This document shows, piece after piece, positions 1 through 11,673 of a stretch of DNA of 64,000 nucleotides (its first letter is position 1; every line of letters starts with the position of its first letter). The stretch lies in contig NOWV01000232.1 in NCBI GenBank assembly GCA_003344405.1, forward strand, positions 1 through 64,000. Reading direction: 5' to 3'. The position numbers and the translations under genes are program-made. Under the pieces are notes generated by a model that worked only from the letters and a program-made list of their open reading frames with translations, was not told the origin of the DNA and searched no databases. This stretch comes from Trichoplax sp. H2 (Eukaryota).

Positions 1-291
1 GAAAGGTTTTTGAAAGTTGGCATGTCCAGGTAGAGTAGATCTATACGTACCCATATCACGAGAAAACGATTCAACTAATGTCCATACGTAAGGTGGTTCG
101 GAATTAAAATCGCAATAAACAGTAAATGCTTCGTTTTTGTCGGTATGGATAACATAGTGGCCGTTTTTGTTAATATTACGATTTAGCAGTTTAATATCCA
201 AGCACGTTCTAGCAAAGTAGCCATCGGCGGTTACACTCGAAGATTGTAAGAGAGCGATAGCCGCTACAAAATATAGGAAAGACGACGCCAT
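1..291 (-). CDS. Secreted fibrinogen-related/intelectin-like protein, subfamily A copy 1 (5' part only; runs off the window)
   Basis: Positions 1-~437 are identical to 2261-~2697 (offset 2260). ATG at 291 begins MASSFLYFVAAIALLQ... Confidence 0.85.
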   Translation of the reverse strand, partial: MASSFLYFVAAIALLQSSSVTADGYFARTCLDIKLLNRNINKNGHYVIHTDKNEAFTVYCDFNSEPPYVWTLVESFSRDMGTYRSTLPGHANFQKPF

Positions 292-1738
292 ATCTGTTGC
301 TGTTGTCGAAGACTCTTAAACTCGAACGCCTAGAATCTTTCTACGCTTTTAATTAATTGCAATACAGAGAACTGAAGTAGAATATGCGTATGGGTAACAG
401 AAATATTATGACGATGTTAACAATTAGAAACGTTAAACTAATATTAGTTCTTAAAATTCTACTACAGGGTATAAAGTTAATTGTTGAAAGTCAGATCTCT
501 TGGGAGATCGAGTAGATCAATTGCGCTGAGGCTGCTACAATGGCCTAACAATTTACATAAACATTAAGCCTAATGGTTTCATTGATCTTTGTATATATTC
601 TATTGAAGATTAGTTATTAAAAGCTTTTGCTTTGTAAGACATTTTGTTTTTATTTCATAAACATCAAAGGCTAATATACAAGTATTTAGGTTTATGAAGA
701 ATGACTAATTTTTTACTGTATTTATGGGTAGCCCTGTAGTAAAGCAATACTGTTCTTGCCTTAAAATATACTGGAACAAAACCGGATCTTTCTCGGGATC
801 TCATATTGATTGTATGTAAAGCCTTCTGTACTGTTTCAGTCATGTCATACAGTGAAAGTATGCATCGCTCATACGTGTTTATAAGACTGTAAGAATTTAT
901 TTATACTTATGAGTATATTTATCAATTGCTGACAGAGCCTGTAAAAATTCTACATAGTATATCATTAATATAATTTGATACTATTGCACTTGCAATTTCG
1001 CTAGGTTTAATTGAAATGAGTGCATTCCTACAAGAAAATGTTACTGTAACCTTGATATTCTATAAGATGTTATCACTGAATTATATCAATTTACTATGAT
1101 AGAGGCAAAGAAAACTGCAATGGCATCATGCAATATATTCTATGAATAATGATGCCGCTTTCCCAAAAGAATAAATTTATTGTATCACAAATACAGTAGC
1201 ATATCAATATAGATGATAGACAGTATTTCGACCTTTTTATGAGTATCAACTAGATAGTTTTAAAAGCGCAAATCAGGGTATACTGTTTTATTTCCAAAAT
1301 ATGAATTTAAGTGCGACAGACTTATACAGATAGTTGCCATGCTGAAATAGATACATATATATTATCATCGGTTATTCATATAGCGGAGTATTATTATGAT
1401 CAGCAAATCTAAACTTAAAAAAACCTACACAGGTGAAATATCTTTTTATATTAAGAACTATAAATTATGATCAGTACTGTACTGTTAACGCATTAGAGGT
1501 TTTCGCCGAGAGAAAATAATATATGGTATTAACGAGTAACTGCTAAAGGATACCGGTAAATCGTATGAGTATAACTCGTTTACATTTAATTTACCACAGC
1601 TAATGTTAAAATATAACAATTTATGACTCACTTGATATTATATAGTATTATAAAATTACCTAATATAACCCATTTAAAATCTAAAATCGCTATTTGTCTA
1701 ACTTGATACAGTCAAATTATTTTATAGAAAGAAATTAG

Positions 1739-2551
1739 TTAAATCGGCTTGATGTTAGTAAAACGATTGGTAGTAACGTAAATATCGCCAAACCACCAAT
1801 TTGTTGTCGATTCACCATATCTTGTACAACCAAAATCCCTATTATAACCATTGTAAGTACCAAAGTTATACTCTTGAGGCGATCCAGCAGCTCCAGGAAA
1901 CTTAATACGGCCACAGTAGTTTTGTGTTAGAGAAGAAATAGTGCTGGCATGAGTAGAAGTCGAAAACCACATAGGCACTAAGCATTTACGGCATGCAGTT
2001 CCGCGAATATTTATATAATTCATCCAAATACACGGTTTACCGGAATAGTAAGTCATCATATTTAAACGGCATTTTCTTGCCCTCATATAATCAGTATGAT
2101 TAAAGACGAATGAGAGTTCTTTAGCTTGTAGATCGAAATTACAAGTAGCTCGCCAATAGTTGGTTGTTCTAGCATTCCAGATAGACATCATATACCTCTT
2201 GGATAAGCGATAATTTTGCCATTGATCTGGACGACATTGACTATAAGGCATATTATAGTAGAAAGGTTTTTGAAAGTTGGCATGTCCAGGTAGAGTAGAT
2301 CTATACGTACCCATATCACGAGAAAACGATTCAACTAATGTCCATACGTAAGGTGGTTCGGAATTAAAATCGCAATAAACAGTAAATGCTTCGTTTTTGT
2401 CGGTATGGATAACATAGTGGCCGTTTTTGTTAATATTACGATTTAGCAGTTTAATATCCAAGCACGTTCTAGCAAAGTAGCCATCGGCGGTTACACTCGA
2501 AGATTGTAAGAGAGCGATAGCCGCTACAAAATATAGGAAAGACGACGCCAT
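1739..2551 (-). CDS. Secreted fibrinogen-related (FReD)/intelectin-like protein, subfamily A copy 2, 270 aa, single coding exon
   Basis: Signal peptide, then RTCLDIK...NGHYVI...VYCDF...WTLVESF, the N-terminal motif of fibrinogen-C-like domains. The C-terminus is Cys-rich (WRATCNF, INIRGTACRKC, NFGTY, STTNWWFG). The family call comes from motif recognition, not a database search. Confidence 0.8.
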   Translation of the reverse strand: MASSFLYFVAAIALLQSSSVTADGYFARTCLDIKLLNRNINKNGHYVIHTDKNEAFTVYCDFNSEPPYVWTLVESFSRDMGTYRSTLPGHANFQKPFYYNMPYSQCRPDQWQNYRLSKRYMMSIWNARTTNYWRATCNFDLQAKELSFVFNHTDYMRARKCRLNMMTYYSGKPCIWMNYINIRGTACRKCLVPMWFSTSTHASTISSLTQNYCGRIKFPGAAGSPQEYNFGTYNGYNRDFGCTRYGESTTNWWFGDIYVTTNRFTNIKPI

Positions 2552-3106
2552 ATCTGTTGCTGTTGTCGAAGACTCTTAAACTCGAACGCCTAGAATCTTT
2601 CTACGCTTTTAATTAATTGCAATACAGAGAACTGAAGTAGAATATGCGTATGGGTAACAGAAATATTATGACGATGTTAACAATTAGAAACGTTAAATTA
2701 ATATTAGATTTTAAAATTATATTATTAGGCATAAAGTTAATTGTTGAAAGTCAGATCTCTTGGGAGATCGAGTAGATCAATTGCGCTGATATAATTACAA
2801 TGCATAATGGCCTATGACTATTTAAACAAACGTCAGGCTTAATTAGTCCATTGGTCTCGTCATATATCCCATTGAAGATTAGTTATTACAGGCTTTTATT
2901 TTGTGAAACGTCTTGCTGTTTGTCATAAATTTCGAAGACTAATGCACATCTTTTTAGATTTACGAAGGATGACTAATTCTATGCCGTTCTTATAGACGTT
3001 ACTGAAACAGATACTGTCATTGTTAATATCACAAGAACACACTTTTAGACTTTACCGCTAACGAGATCTTTTGCATAAGCCAAGGATTACTAGTATGTCC
3101 TAGTAT

Positions 3107-3539
3107 AGACTACATGGCAATGTTTTCATATCAGCTCTAGTGCTGTCTACGTCCGACAAATCAGAGGGAATGCATGATGATTTCATGGCTTAATGTACAA
3201 TAAATAAGTAACAAGGCGCAGAGAAGTACATGGGATCGCTTCATAAATATAACAGAAAGACAAATGTTGAATTTACGGTCGGCCAATGACTGTATGTAGG
3301 TGGAAAAGTATTTTAAGGTGCATGTTTACTGTAGTATTGATGGAGTGGATTGGCAAAGTGTTGTCAAATTCATAATAGCAGCCGCATCATTGAGGTAAAA
3401 ATAGCATTACGAGCGATGTCCTCAAATGTCAAGAGTTATTTTATGTTTGTGTTAATAGGTTGCTCTATTGATGCACTAGATTAATGAATTTAATTCAGTG
3501 GAGTAATTCAACAGTCATTTATTGAGATTTGAGATATAG
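3107..3539 (+). pseudogene. Degraded F5/8 type C (discoidin)-like domain relic
   Basis: Across stops and frame changes the motifs appear in discoidin order: RLHGN, WLNVQ, EVHGIAS*, VEKYFKVHVYCSIDGVDWQ, QWSNS, LRFEI*. Compare the consensus ARL..WLQVDL..VTGIATQG..YS.DG.DW..W...LR.ELYGC. Confidence 0.4.
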
Positions 3540-3791
3540 ACTTCGGATGCGACTACTCGATAATAATTGCTAGTACAGTGCTAGGATGTTATACATATCA
3601 ATAATCCGAGAGAGTCATTACGTAGTTTAAAATAGTGCAAGTATAATCTTTAGAGTTACGTTTCTGATTCGAAAAAATTCAGGAGTAGCCTAGTTATTCA
3701 TGTTGCGATGAAAGTACATGGATTAGTAATATGGTAACTTTGCTGTAACTAATGCACTAACTTATTTTATCATGCACCGTAAACTTACAGT

Positions 3792-5220
3792 AAGTACTAC
3801 TTTGCTTAAAATGTTTTACTTTCAAACACCGAATGACCCATAACGTGCCTGATATATCACAACTGATAAATACTTTTCCTATACTTTAATCCTATACAAA
3901 ATTTTAATACCAGCATTAATATTGGACATTACATTAAAAAAATTACATCATTTACCACGATAAATGTCTAGAAAGCAATGGACCTTTAAAAATAAATTTC
4001 ATAGGTGACGAGGAAGAATCTACTACATTTATGACAGGAAAAATAAATGTCTTTGCAATATCATATCTTCCAATATTTCCATAATGTAGCTTTAAAATAA
4101 AACCTGTACATTTACTCATTATATTAAGATAGCTATACATGGCTATTGTTTACCTAATGCAGTCGAAACTATGGCGGGAGAAAATAATTACAGATTTAAG
4201 TAATAGCAAATTTAGACCTTCAAATAATATAAGTAAAGATAATTCGTAATCAATTTTACTGCTAGGATTAAAAATTTAGATATCTGTTACTTAATTAGTT
4301 TATACGAGTGCTAAATGCTATATGACTGTTTAACGGAGCCAAACTTAAAATGGGTATTTTTAAGACTGGATAAATTCAGCTTGCTTTGTAGATAGAAATC
4401 ATTTAACGTTAGCAAAATGATTAGTGGGAATATAAATATCANNNNNNNNNNNNNNNNNNNNAAGTACTACTTTGCTTAAAATGTTTTACTTTCAAGCACC
4501 GAATGACCCATAACGTGCCTGATATATCACAACTGATAAACACTTTTCCTATACTTTAATCCTATACAAAATTTTAATACCAGCATTAATATTGGACATT
4601 ACATTAAAAAAAATTACATCATTTACCACGATAAATGTCTAGAAAGCAATGGACCTTTAAAAATAAATTTCATAGGTGACGAGGAAGAATCTACTACATT
4701 TATGACAGGAAAAATAAATGTCTTTGCAATATCATATCTTCCAATATTTCCATAATGTAGCTTTAAAATAAAACCTGTACATTTACTCATTATATTAAGA
4801 TAGCTATACATGGCTATTGTTGTTATCGATTATTTTTAATTATAATCAGTTAATTTACATTAACGATACTTTAGTTGAAGTAGCTGAATATTTTAAATTA
4901 ATACTAAGAATCGTAAGATATAACTTGTTTACCTAATGCAGTCGAAACTATGGCGGGAGAAAATAATTACAGATTTAAGTAATAGCAAATTTAGACCTTC
5001 AAATAATATAAGTAAAGATAATTCGTAATCAATTTTACTGCTAGGATTAAAAATTTAGATATCTGTTACTTAATTAGTTTATACGAGTGCTAAATACTAT
5101 ATGACTGTTTAACGGAGCCAAACTTAAAATGGGTATTTTTAAGACTGGATAAATTCAGCTTGCTTTGTAGATAGAAATCATTTAACGTTAGCAAAATGAT
5201 TAGTGGGAATATAAATATCA
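3792..5220. repeat. Near-identical duplicated segment on each side of an assembly gap (3792-4441 vs 4462-5220)
   Basis: The copies differ by about 3 substitutions, one A-run length change and a 108-bp indel. Both contain the C-terminal codons of lectin copy 3. Confidence 0.9.
4442..4461. other. Assembly gap (20 N)
   Basis: Run of N. Confidence 1.
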
Positions 5221-5984
5221 CCGAACGACCAATTTGTTGACGATTCACCTGACCTTGTACAACTAAATTCTCTGTTATAACCATTATACATACCAAAGTT
5301 ATACTCATAAGGGGATCCGGCGGCATTAGGGAATTTGACATGTCCGCAATAGTTTTGTGTCAATGAAGAAATAACACTGGGATGATTAGTAGTAGCAAAC
5401 CACATAGGTATTTGACATCTACGACATGCAGTACCGCGAATATTTATGTAGTCCATCTGAACGCATGGTCTACCGGAATAATAAGTCAACATATTTATAA
5501 TGGTCACTGTGATCTCATGTAATCCGTGTGATTGAAGACAAATGAAAGTTCTTTGGCAAATTGATCGAAATTACAAGTAGCTCGCCAATACTTGGTTGTC
5601 CTAGCATTCCAGATAGACATCATATACCTCTTAGACAAACGATAATGTTGCCATTGATCTGGACGACATTGACTATAAGGCATATTATAGTAGAAAGGTC
5701 TTTGAAAATTAACATGCCCAGGCAAAGTTGATCTATATGTACCCATATCACGAGAAAACGATTCAATTAATGTCCATACAAATGGCGGTTCGGAATTAAA
5801 ATCGCAATAAACAGTAAATGCTTCGTTTTTTGTCGGTATGGATAACATAGTGGCCATTTTTGTTAATATTATGATTTAGTAGTTTAATATCCAAGCACGT
5901 TCTAGCAAAGTAGCCATCGGCGGTTACACTCGAAGATTGTAAGAGAGCGATAGCCGCCACAAAATACAGGAAAGATGAAACCAT
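5178..5984 (-). pseudogene. Subfamily A lectin copy 3, disrupted by two frameshifts
   Basis: Collinear with 1739-2551 but split into three ORFs. There is a +1 base in the T-run at 5826-5831 (6 T vs 5) and a net -1 base at ~5500-5518 (20 vs 21 nt between DYM and NM). NWWFG has become NWSFG. Confidence 0.75.
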
Positions 5985-8900
5985 ATCTGTAGATAAATTT
6001 AAGCACGAAAGAATCTTTCTTCCTCTTTTGGATAATTATAGTATACGGTATATAGACATATAGAAAGCTGTAATAAAAAAATGCGTATGAGTAATAGAGA
6101 TCCTGCGTTATCAATATGAGACAGTGTACTATGCTACAGAAGTATTCTATAGAACCTTAAAACTTTACTACGCGTATAAAATTTCTTTGATTAGAACTTA
6201 AATAACTTGAGAGATTGAGCAGTTCAATGACGCTGATGCTAGTTACAATTGACCACGATTATTTGTATTGAAAGTTATTTTATGCTGGCTTATATTTATG
6301 TAACACTTCTTTTTATATCGTAAACATCGAAAACTAACATATATTTAATTGGGTAATTAAAATTATAATATAGGACTAGAGAGAATACGCCATTTTAATA
6401 ATAGATCTGTTCTAGTTACGATATCACAGATCAAAATTAACTTTTTTTTGAACATGTTCTAGGAATTAGTTGCTATACATATGTCAAAATACGAGTCAAA
6501 TAGCCACATTCTCTATGATCATTAGTTATTATTATAATCCACCTTTATGACTAAATATTTTACTATAGAGGTACATGTAGAAATTTTGGAACTAAGAAAC
6601 TTCCCTGATGAGTAAATTTATTAGCGTTAGTAGGATTGTGAACTTTTATGTATTATTAACTTAGGCTTACGATAACGTAAATTAAAGGATCAAAATATAA
6701 AAAGACTTAGATCTAGGCTGTGCTATTGCATGCATATAAATTTATCTAAAGTTAAACCTGGCACATCCGCGTAAGTTTAAATATATATGTAGTGAACACC
6801 TTTACCCTTTTTAAAATCTAGCAGCAGAAACTGATGAATTTTGCAAGAAACGAGAGCAATGTAATCACGTTCCATTTATTATTAAACTGTTGATTACTAG
6901 TGCTAAGATGATTCTATTTCGACATTAGTAAGAAATTTTTCTCTTTAACAAAAGGGTTATTTTTCCTTGTTTGCTTGAGTAAAAGTTAATAAAATTAATG
7001 GACAATACTATTGATGAACTTAATAGCTTCTATCTTAGCATAATTCTTTTGCTTGTTGCCTGTGATTGTTCTTATGAGCTAAATATACCATAAATCCATG
7101 AGGTGATAAAGAACTTATAGCATTGAAGAATAGTTTCTATTTGTCTAAAGTTAGCAATTCTCAAGAGGTAACCAGCTAGACACTATTCACTAGCTCTAGG
7201 GCCATAAAAGAATAATTTATTGCAGTTTTTAATGCAACTCCCATTAATGCTAATACGAACTTCCTGTTTAATTGCTTTATGTGAAACGTGACTAAAATTT
7301 ATACCACTAGTACAAAGTCGATAATTAATTTATTGTTAAAAACTCTTGACGCTATGACTCATGGTGTTCAGATGTCGTGTGGATAACGTTGGCACAAATG
7401 ACCAGATGGGTTGAACCATTTTACGCCAAGAATGTCAAATTTGGATAATTAAAAAAGGTCATTCTTTGCCATTGAAGATAATGTTTGTTTCATGTTAGCA
7501 AGCTGAAATTAGATTCATAATGGCGTAAGATGCATTAAGCAACTTTTTGACTTTTTCATGGTTATTCTTAATGAATATAGTTGAAAAAAGATTATTTGCC
7601 ATTTTAGATTAATTCATAATAATATTAACATCACTTTAGATTAGACTGATTTTAGCCCTAAACATCAACTTTCGATAATGCTTTAATATCGAAAACTTAG
7701 ATATGACTGAGATATGCTGTAGTAAAAGGAATTATTAAATAGGAATAAACTAAATTGATATAAGAAATGTTTGCCGGTCCCATTTAAGAATACTACAGTA
7801 TAATATATTCATTATAATTCTATATTTTGTAAAATTCTGTATAAGCTTAAGGCTTTTAATAGATTAACAAAGATAAATAATAGATTAAATAATAGGTTTA
7901 TGAATTAGTTCCTTTGCAATTTATTTTATAATTGCTAATGTTATCTACCATTATGAGTTTTCGACCTTGAAGCGATTTTATAATATAATATAAGACGGTA
8001 TATCTGCTGCTACAGTACCACGGAAGTATAGCTTAATAACGAAAATGATATAGTTGATACAAGTGGCACTTCTTTTTTGCCTCTGGATCCTATGGTCAAG
8101 TGGCAAATTATTAGATAATTTTTTAACATACTACACTACAAGAAAATTATATTCAATTGGTGTAGTAGCACTATAATAACTTTACCATGACAGTTAGAGT
8201 ACTTAAATCATTTTCACAGATCTAACTGAACTACAGTACACCGTACTTGTATCTGATCTAGTCCAGTTATGGTTTGAATAATACTAAGTCCATCTACAGA
8301 ATTACAGTATTTTACTAATTTGATAACGAGGTATTAGGAAAGATGGTAATTATGAGAAAGTTTAATTATGTAAAACAAGTTATCTTTCAGCGATAAATGA
8401 TAACTAAAAGTATGGCAACTTAGCAACAGCTAGATATCCTACTGATTGATACAGATAATAGTGCACGCTTGAAATATATTAAAAGCGTTTGATTACAGAT
8501 GACGCATTAAAGAAAATTAAAGAATTTACTTGGCTGGTTAAAGGGATTAATTCTTATTTTGAAAATGACTCCATCTCTACAATATAAAGCTCGATAATAA
8601 CGCTTGTCCAATTCAATAAAATAAGCAATCTGACCAAAAAGGCAATTACTGGAATATATAGTAAAGTCAGAGTTGAATAATGAAGTTTTATTAGATTTCA
8701 ATGTATCTATACGTTAAACTTCTTATTAAATGATATTAAAAGAAAATTAAATTATTACCCAGCATTATTATATCGATTTACTCAATCATTTAAATTGCTT
8801 AATTTAACATTTATTACAGCCTCACGTTTTAAAAAATATACATTTTGTAAAAGAAATGATACGGTAAAAATGAGATAATTTCTTTAATTTTACTTGTAAT

Positions 8901-9031
8901 ATACTATCTTAGATTCGAAGATAAATGTTCAAACCGCCATGGTTTTATTCATAAATACAATATAATCTTATCAGGTAATTAGTACGGTTTATTATACTGT
9001 AGGTACTGTGTTAATAATCTCAATTTGATAA

Positions 9032-10440
9032 TTATAACATAGTATTAGTTAGAGACTGATAAAGACCTCCTAACCACCAATTAGCAGTCGATGATCCAAA
9101 TGAAGAACATGCGTGCTTGGTGCTATAACCGTTATAATGACCAAAGTCTGATGGACTGGAATCTGGAAATTTATAGCGCCCACAGTAATTAACCGAATGA
9201 GATGCTAAAAATGTTGGATGATAATTAGTACTTGCCCAAAATGGGAGATAGCATTTGACACAAGCATAGCCTCGAACGATCACATAATTGAAATTTCGGC
9301 AATAGTATTGACGAATAAGGACTATATTGGCATTGACCATATTGTTACGCATATAATCATTACGTTCGATATCTTTCGTTATATTCTGAGCGTAGTCATT
9401 AAAATTGCACGTTGTTCTCCAGTGACTTGTAGTGTTAAGTTTGCTAATAGTTAGCATATTTGGCGCTGTCATTCTATAAACTGACCAATGTGGAGGTTCA
9501 GTATCATCATAGGGAGCATTGATATAATACGGACGTTGGGAACGCCAAGCGTTCGACACCTTGGAGCCCCAAACTCCAATATTGCGATCAAATGATTCAA
9601 TGAGTGTCCATACAAATAGAGCATCACTTTTAAAATCGCAATAAACATGATAAGGGGAATTTCTTTCGTTAAATATAGTATAAACGCCATTTTCTTTGAT
9701 TGATGGTCTGATATATTTGATCTCTAAGGAACTTTTGGGTTTTAATCCGTTATAAAGCTACAGGATAAACCAGCATCGAGAAAGAAGAGTGAGGAAGAAA
9801 TATTTATAGCAAAAATAATTTGGAATTATAATAAATAGAAAAATTAGCTATTCTGTAGTCTAATGTTATCTTTTGTGATTTATGATGTTAATGTACAGAA
9901 CAATATATTTTGTAGATGAGGTAGAAAATTTCAATCCAATTTCTTCGTATACGCAGCTACAAAACTGTGTCGTTTATGTTCTAGTATTTGCTCTACAATT
10001 ACTAACTACCATTTATAGTAACTACAGTATCTCTAGCAATATATTAATCACCTTATGAAATCAGTAATAATGGAATTAGGGGAAGGAAACAATGAAGTTT
10101 ACCTTGATCATTCTATTTTAACGACTCATTGCAATTATTATATTAAGTATATAATATTTACGGGATGCACAGTATATTATACAATAATTATTATATTAGA
10201 TTGCAAACATAAAATGGTGACTTAAATCTCATGTTAATTATTAGTATTCAGTAATTGCATCAATAAACGAATATACTGTAGTCCGTATAAGACTAATTAA
10301 AAAGTTTAAATGACCTATTTTATATCAATGTCTACAGCTTGAAAATAAAAGTTATGAACCATTCTATTCAAGAAGTCACTCTTTCTAGGAACCGCAGGGA
10401 TAAAGACAAAGATTAGTGCTAGGGCTACTAAACTTTTCAT
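9032..10440 (-). CDS. Secreted FReD/intelectin-like protein, subfamily B copy 1; exons 10440-10360 and 9757-9032 (~268 aa)
   Basis: Exon 1 reads MKSLVALALIFVFIPAVPRKSDFLNRM|gttcat. Acceptor ctgtag|LYNGLKPKSSLEIKY is open in frame to the stop at 9032. Phase-0 intron as in the paralogs. Confidence 0.7.
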
Positions 10441-10830
10441 GTTTCTTGATCGTTAGTGAAAGATATCGATATGCAGCACAAATATATAAGATTAGATGAT
10501 AACCCGCTATCTAGCAAATATCAATAAGCAAAAACATTAAATGAAGGTGAAGAATTACGGAAGGAACAATTTATTCGCCTATTTCACAGGAGTTCGGTAA
10601 CAAGTTGGACTGAATCATATATGCCTTCGTATGGGTGTATTAATATTTTTCATAAATAGAACATTCCATTATTATATAGACTAAGGGACATGGTAATACA
10701 GTACCAACTAATTTTAACGTATTATTTTACTTCGCGATGCATTAGAGGTGACAGTAAACAAGAATAATTTACTCCGTATGCTCAGAACGGCCACTGGTGA
10801 TGATTAAAAGTTCTTTTATGTCTATTTAAA

Positions 10831-10857
10831 TCGACGGGAGTGAATTCCCTTGTCGCC
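10831..10857. promoter_or_regulatory. Conserved upstream motif of subfamily B lectin genes (also at 13526-13551 and 17596-17625)
   Basis: TC(A/G)ACGGG(T/A)GT(C/G)(T/A)ATTCCCT..GTCGC lies 340-395 bp upstream of all three ATGs, in otherwise diverged AT-rich DNA. Confidence 0.5.
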
Positions 10858-11673
10858 GTCATCGGCATCGGTGTCAGAGCTCATTATCGGCGTATAAATT
10901 AATTTATTGTAGTTACTGCACAATATTAAATAGTGCGAGTTGTTTACTTTGTTATTTCATGAACTTAGCAGTACATATGTAGTGGAGGACTGCAAAAAAA
11001 TTAATTTTCGTTCATTTTTTGAAGTCCTTGTTATGTCAGCGATGGTCTGATAAAAGAACTCACTTATAATTTTAAGTGCCTACAGCTATATAGCAAAAAT
11101 ATATCATATATGGAGGAATAAGTTCCTTAATTACACATAAAATTATAAGCCTAACGCCTCCCTCAACAACAGAGACGTATCATTAAAGATCAGGCACGAC
11201 TATCAGATAGTAGTTTACTCTTGGATGTCTATTTCGAACTAAAAAATTTCTTTATTTTATAAATGCACATGTATGTATACATAGTAAGATACGCAGGTTT
11301 ACATTAGCAAATTTTAGCTATAGCATATTATCTAAGGTATCTATTAGGTATCTAAACAGTTCAATAATAGATAAGCATTATATACCCACATATTTAATCG
11401 TAAAGCAAAGTTTTGAAAGCAAGTTATAGGTTCTATTCAATTTAATTGCAAAATCTTAAGGTAAGAAAGACTATCAATTCACTAATAGTTTACGATGGTG
11501 CATACGATTATCATAATTAAATTAGAATGACCAAAATGAGTAAACAACTAGTAAGCTTCATTTATCTAACCAACATGATGAAGGTGTAACTGGATATCGA
11601 TAGTCATTGCGTACGATATTGGTTGATAATAGGTACATCTAAGTACATTCACTAATACTTTAAGGTTTATTAG

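Noticed and set aside
3161..3244. Minus-strand signal-peptide-like micro-ORF MKRSHVLLCALLLIYCTLSHEIIMHSL*
   Set aside because: It is only 27 aa, has no clear splice continuation, and is antisense to the discoidin-like relic. Probably chance.
3952..4811. Two identical 62-aa ORFs
   Set aside because: They arise from the gap-flanking duplication in AT-rich downstream DNA and show no recognisable protein features.
7050..7500. Possible decayed LINE reverse-transcriptase fragment on the minus strand (..IN*LSTLY*W..ISINGSCIKNCNKLFFYG)
   Set aside because: The resemblance is vague, there is no YADD/FADD motif and there are many stops. It needs a BLASTX hit to be supported.
9469..9690. Apparent frameshift splitting lectin B1 (ORFs 9032..9559 and 9469..9690)
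   Set aside because: The true frame is open from the acceptor at 9757 to 9032. The ORF caller started at an internal GTG, and the 73-aa ORF is an off-frame shadow.
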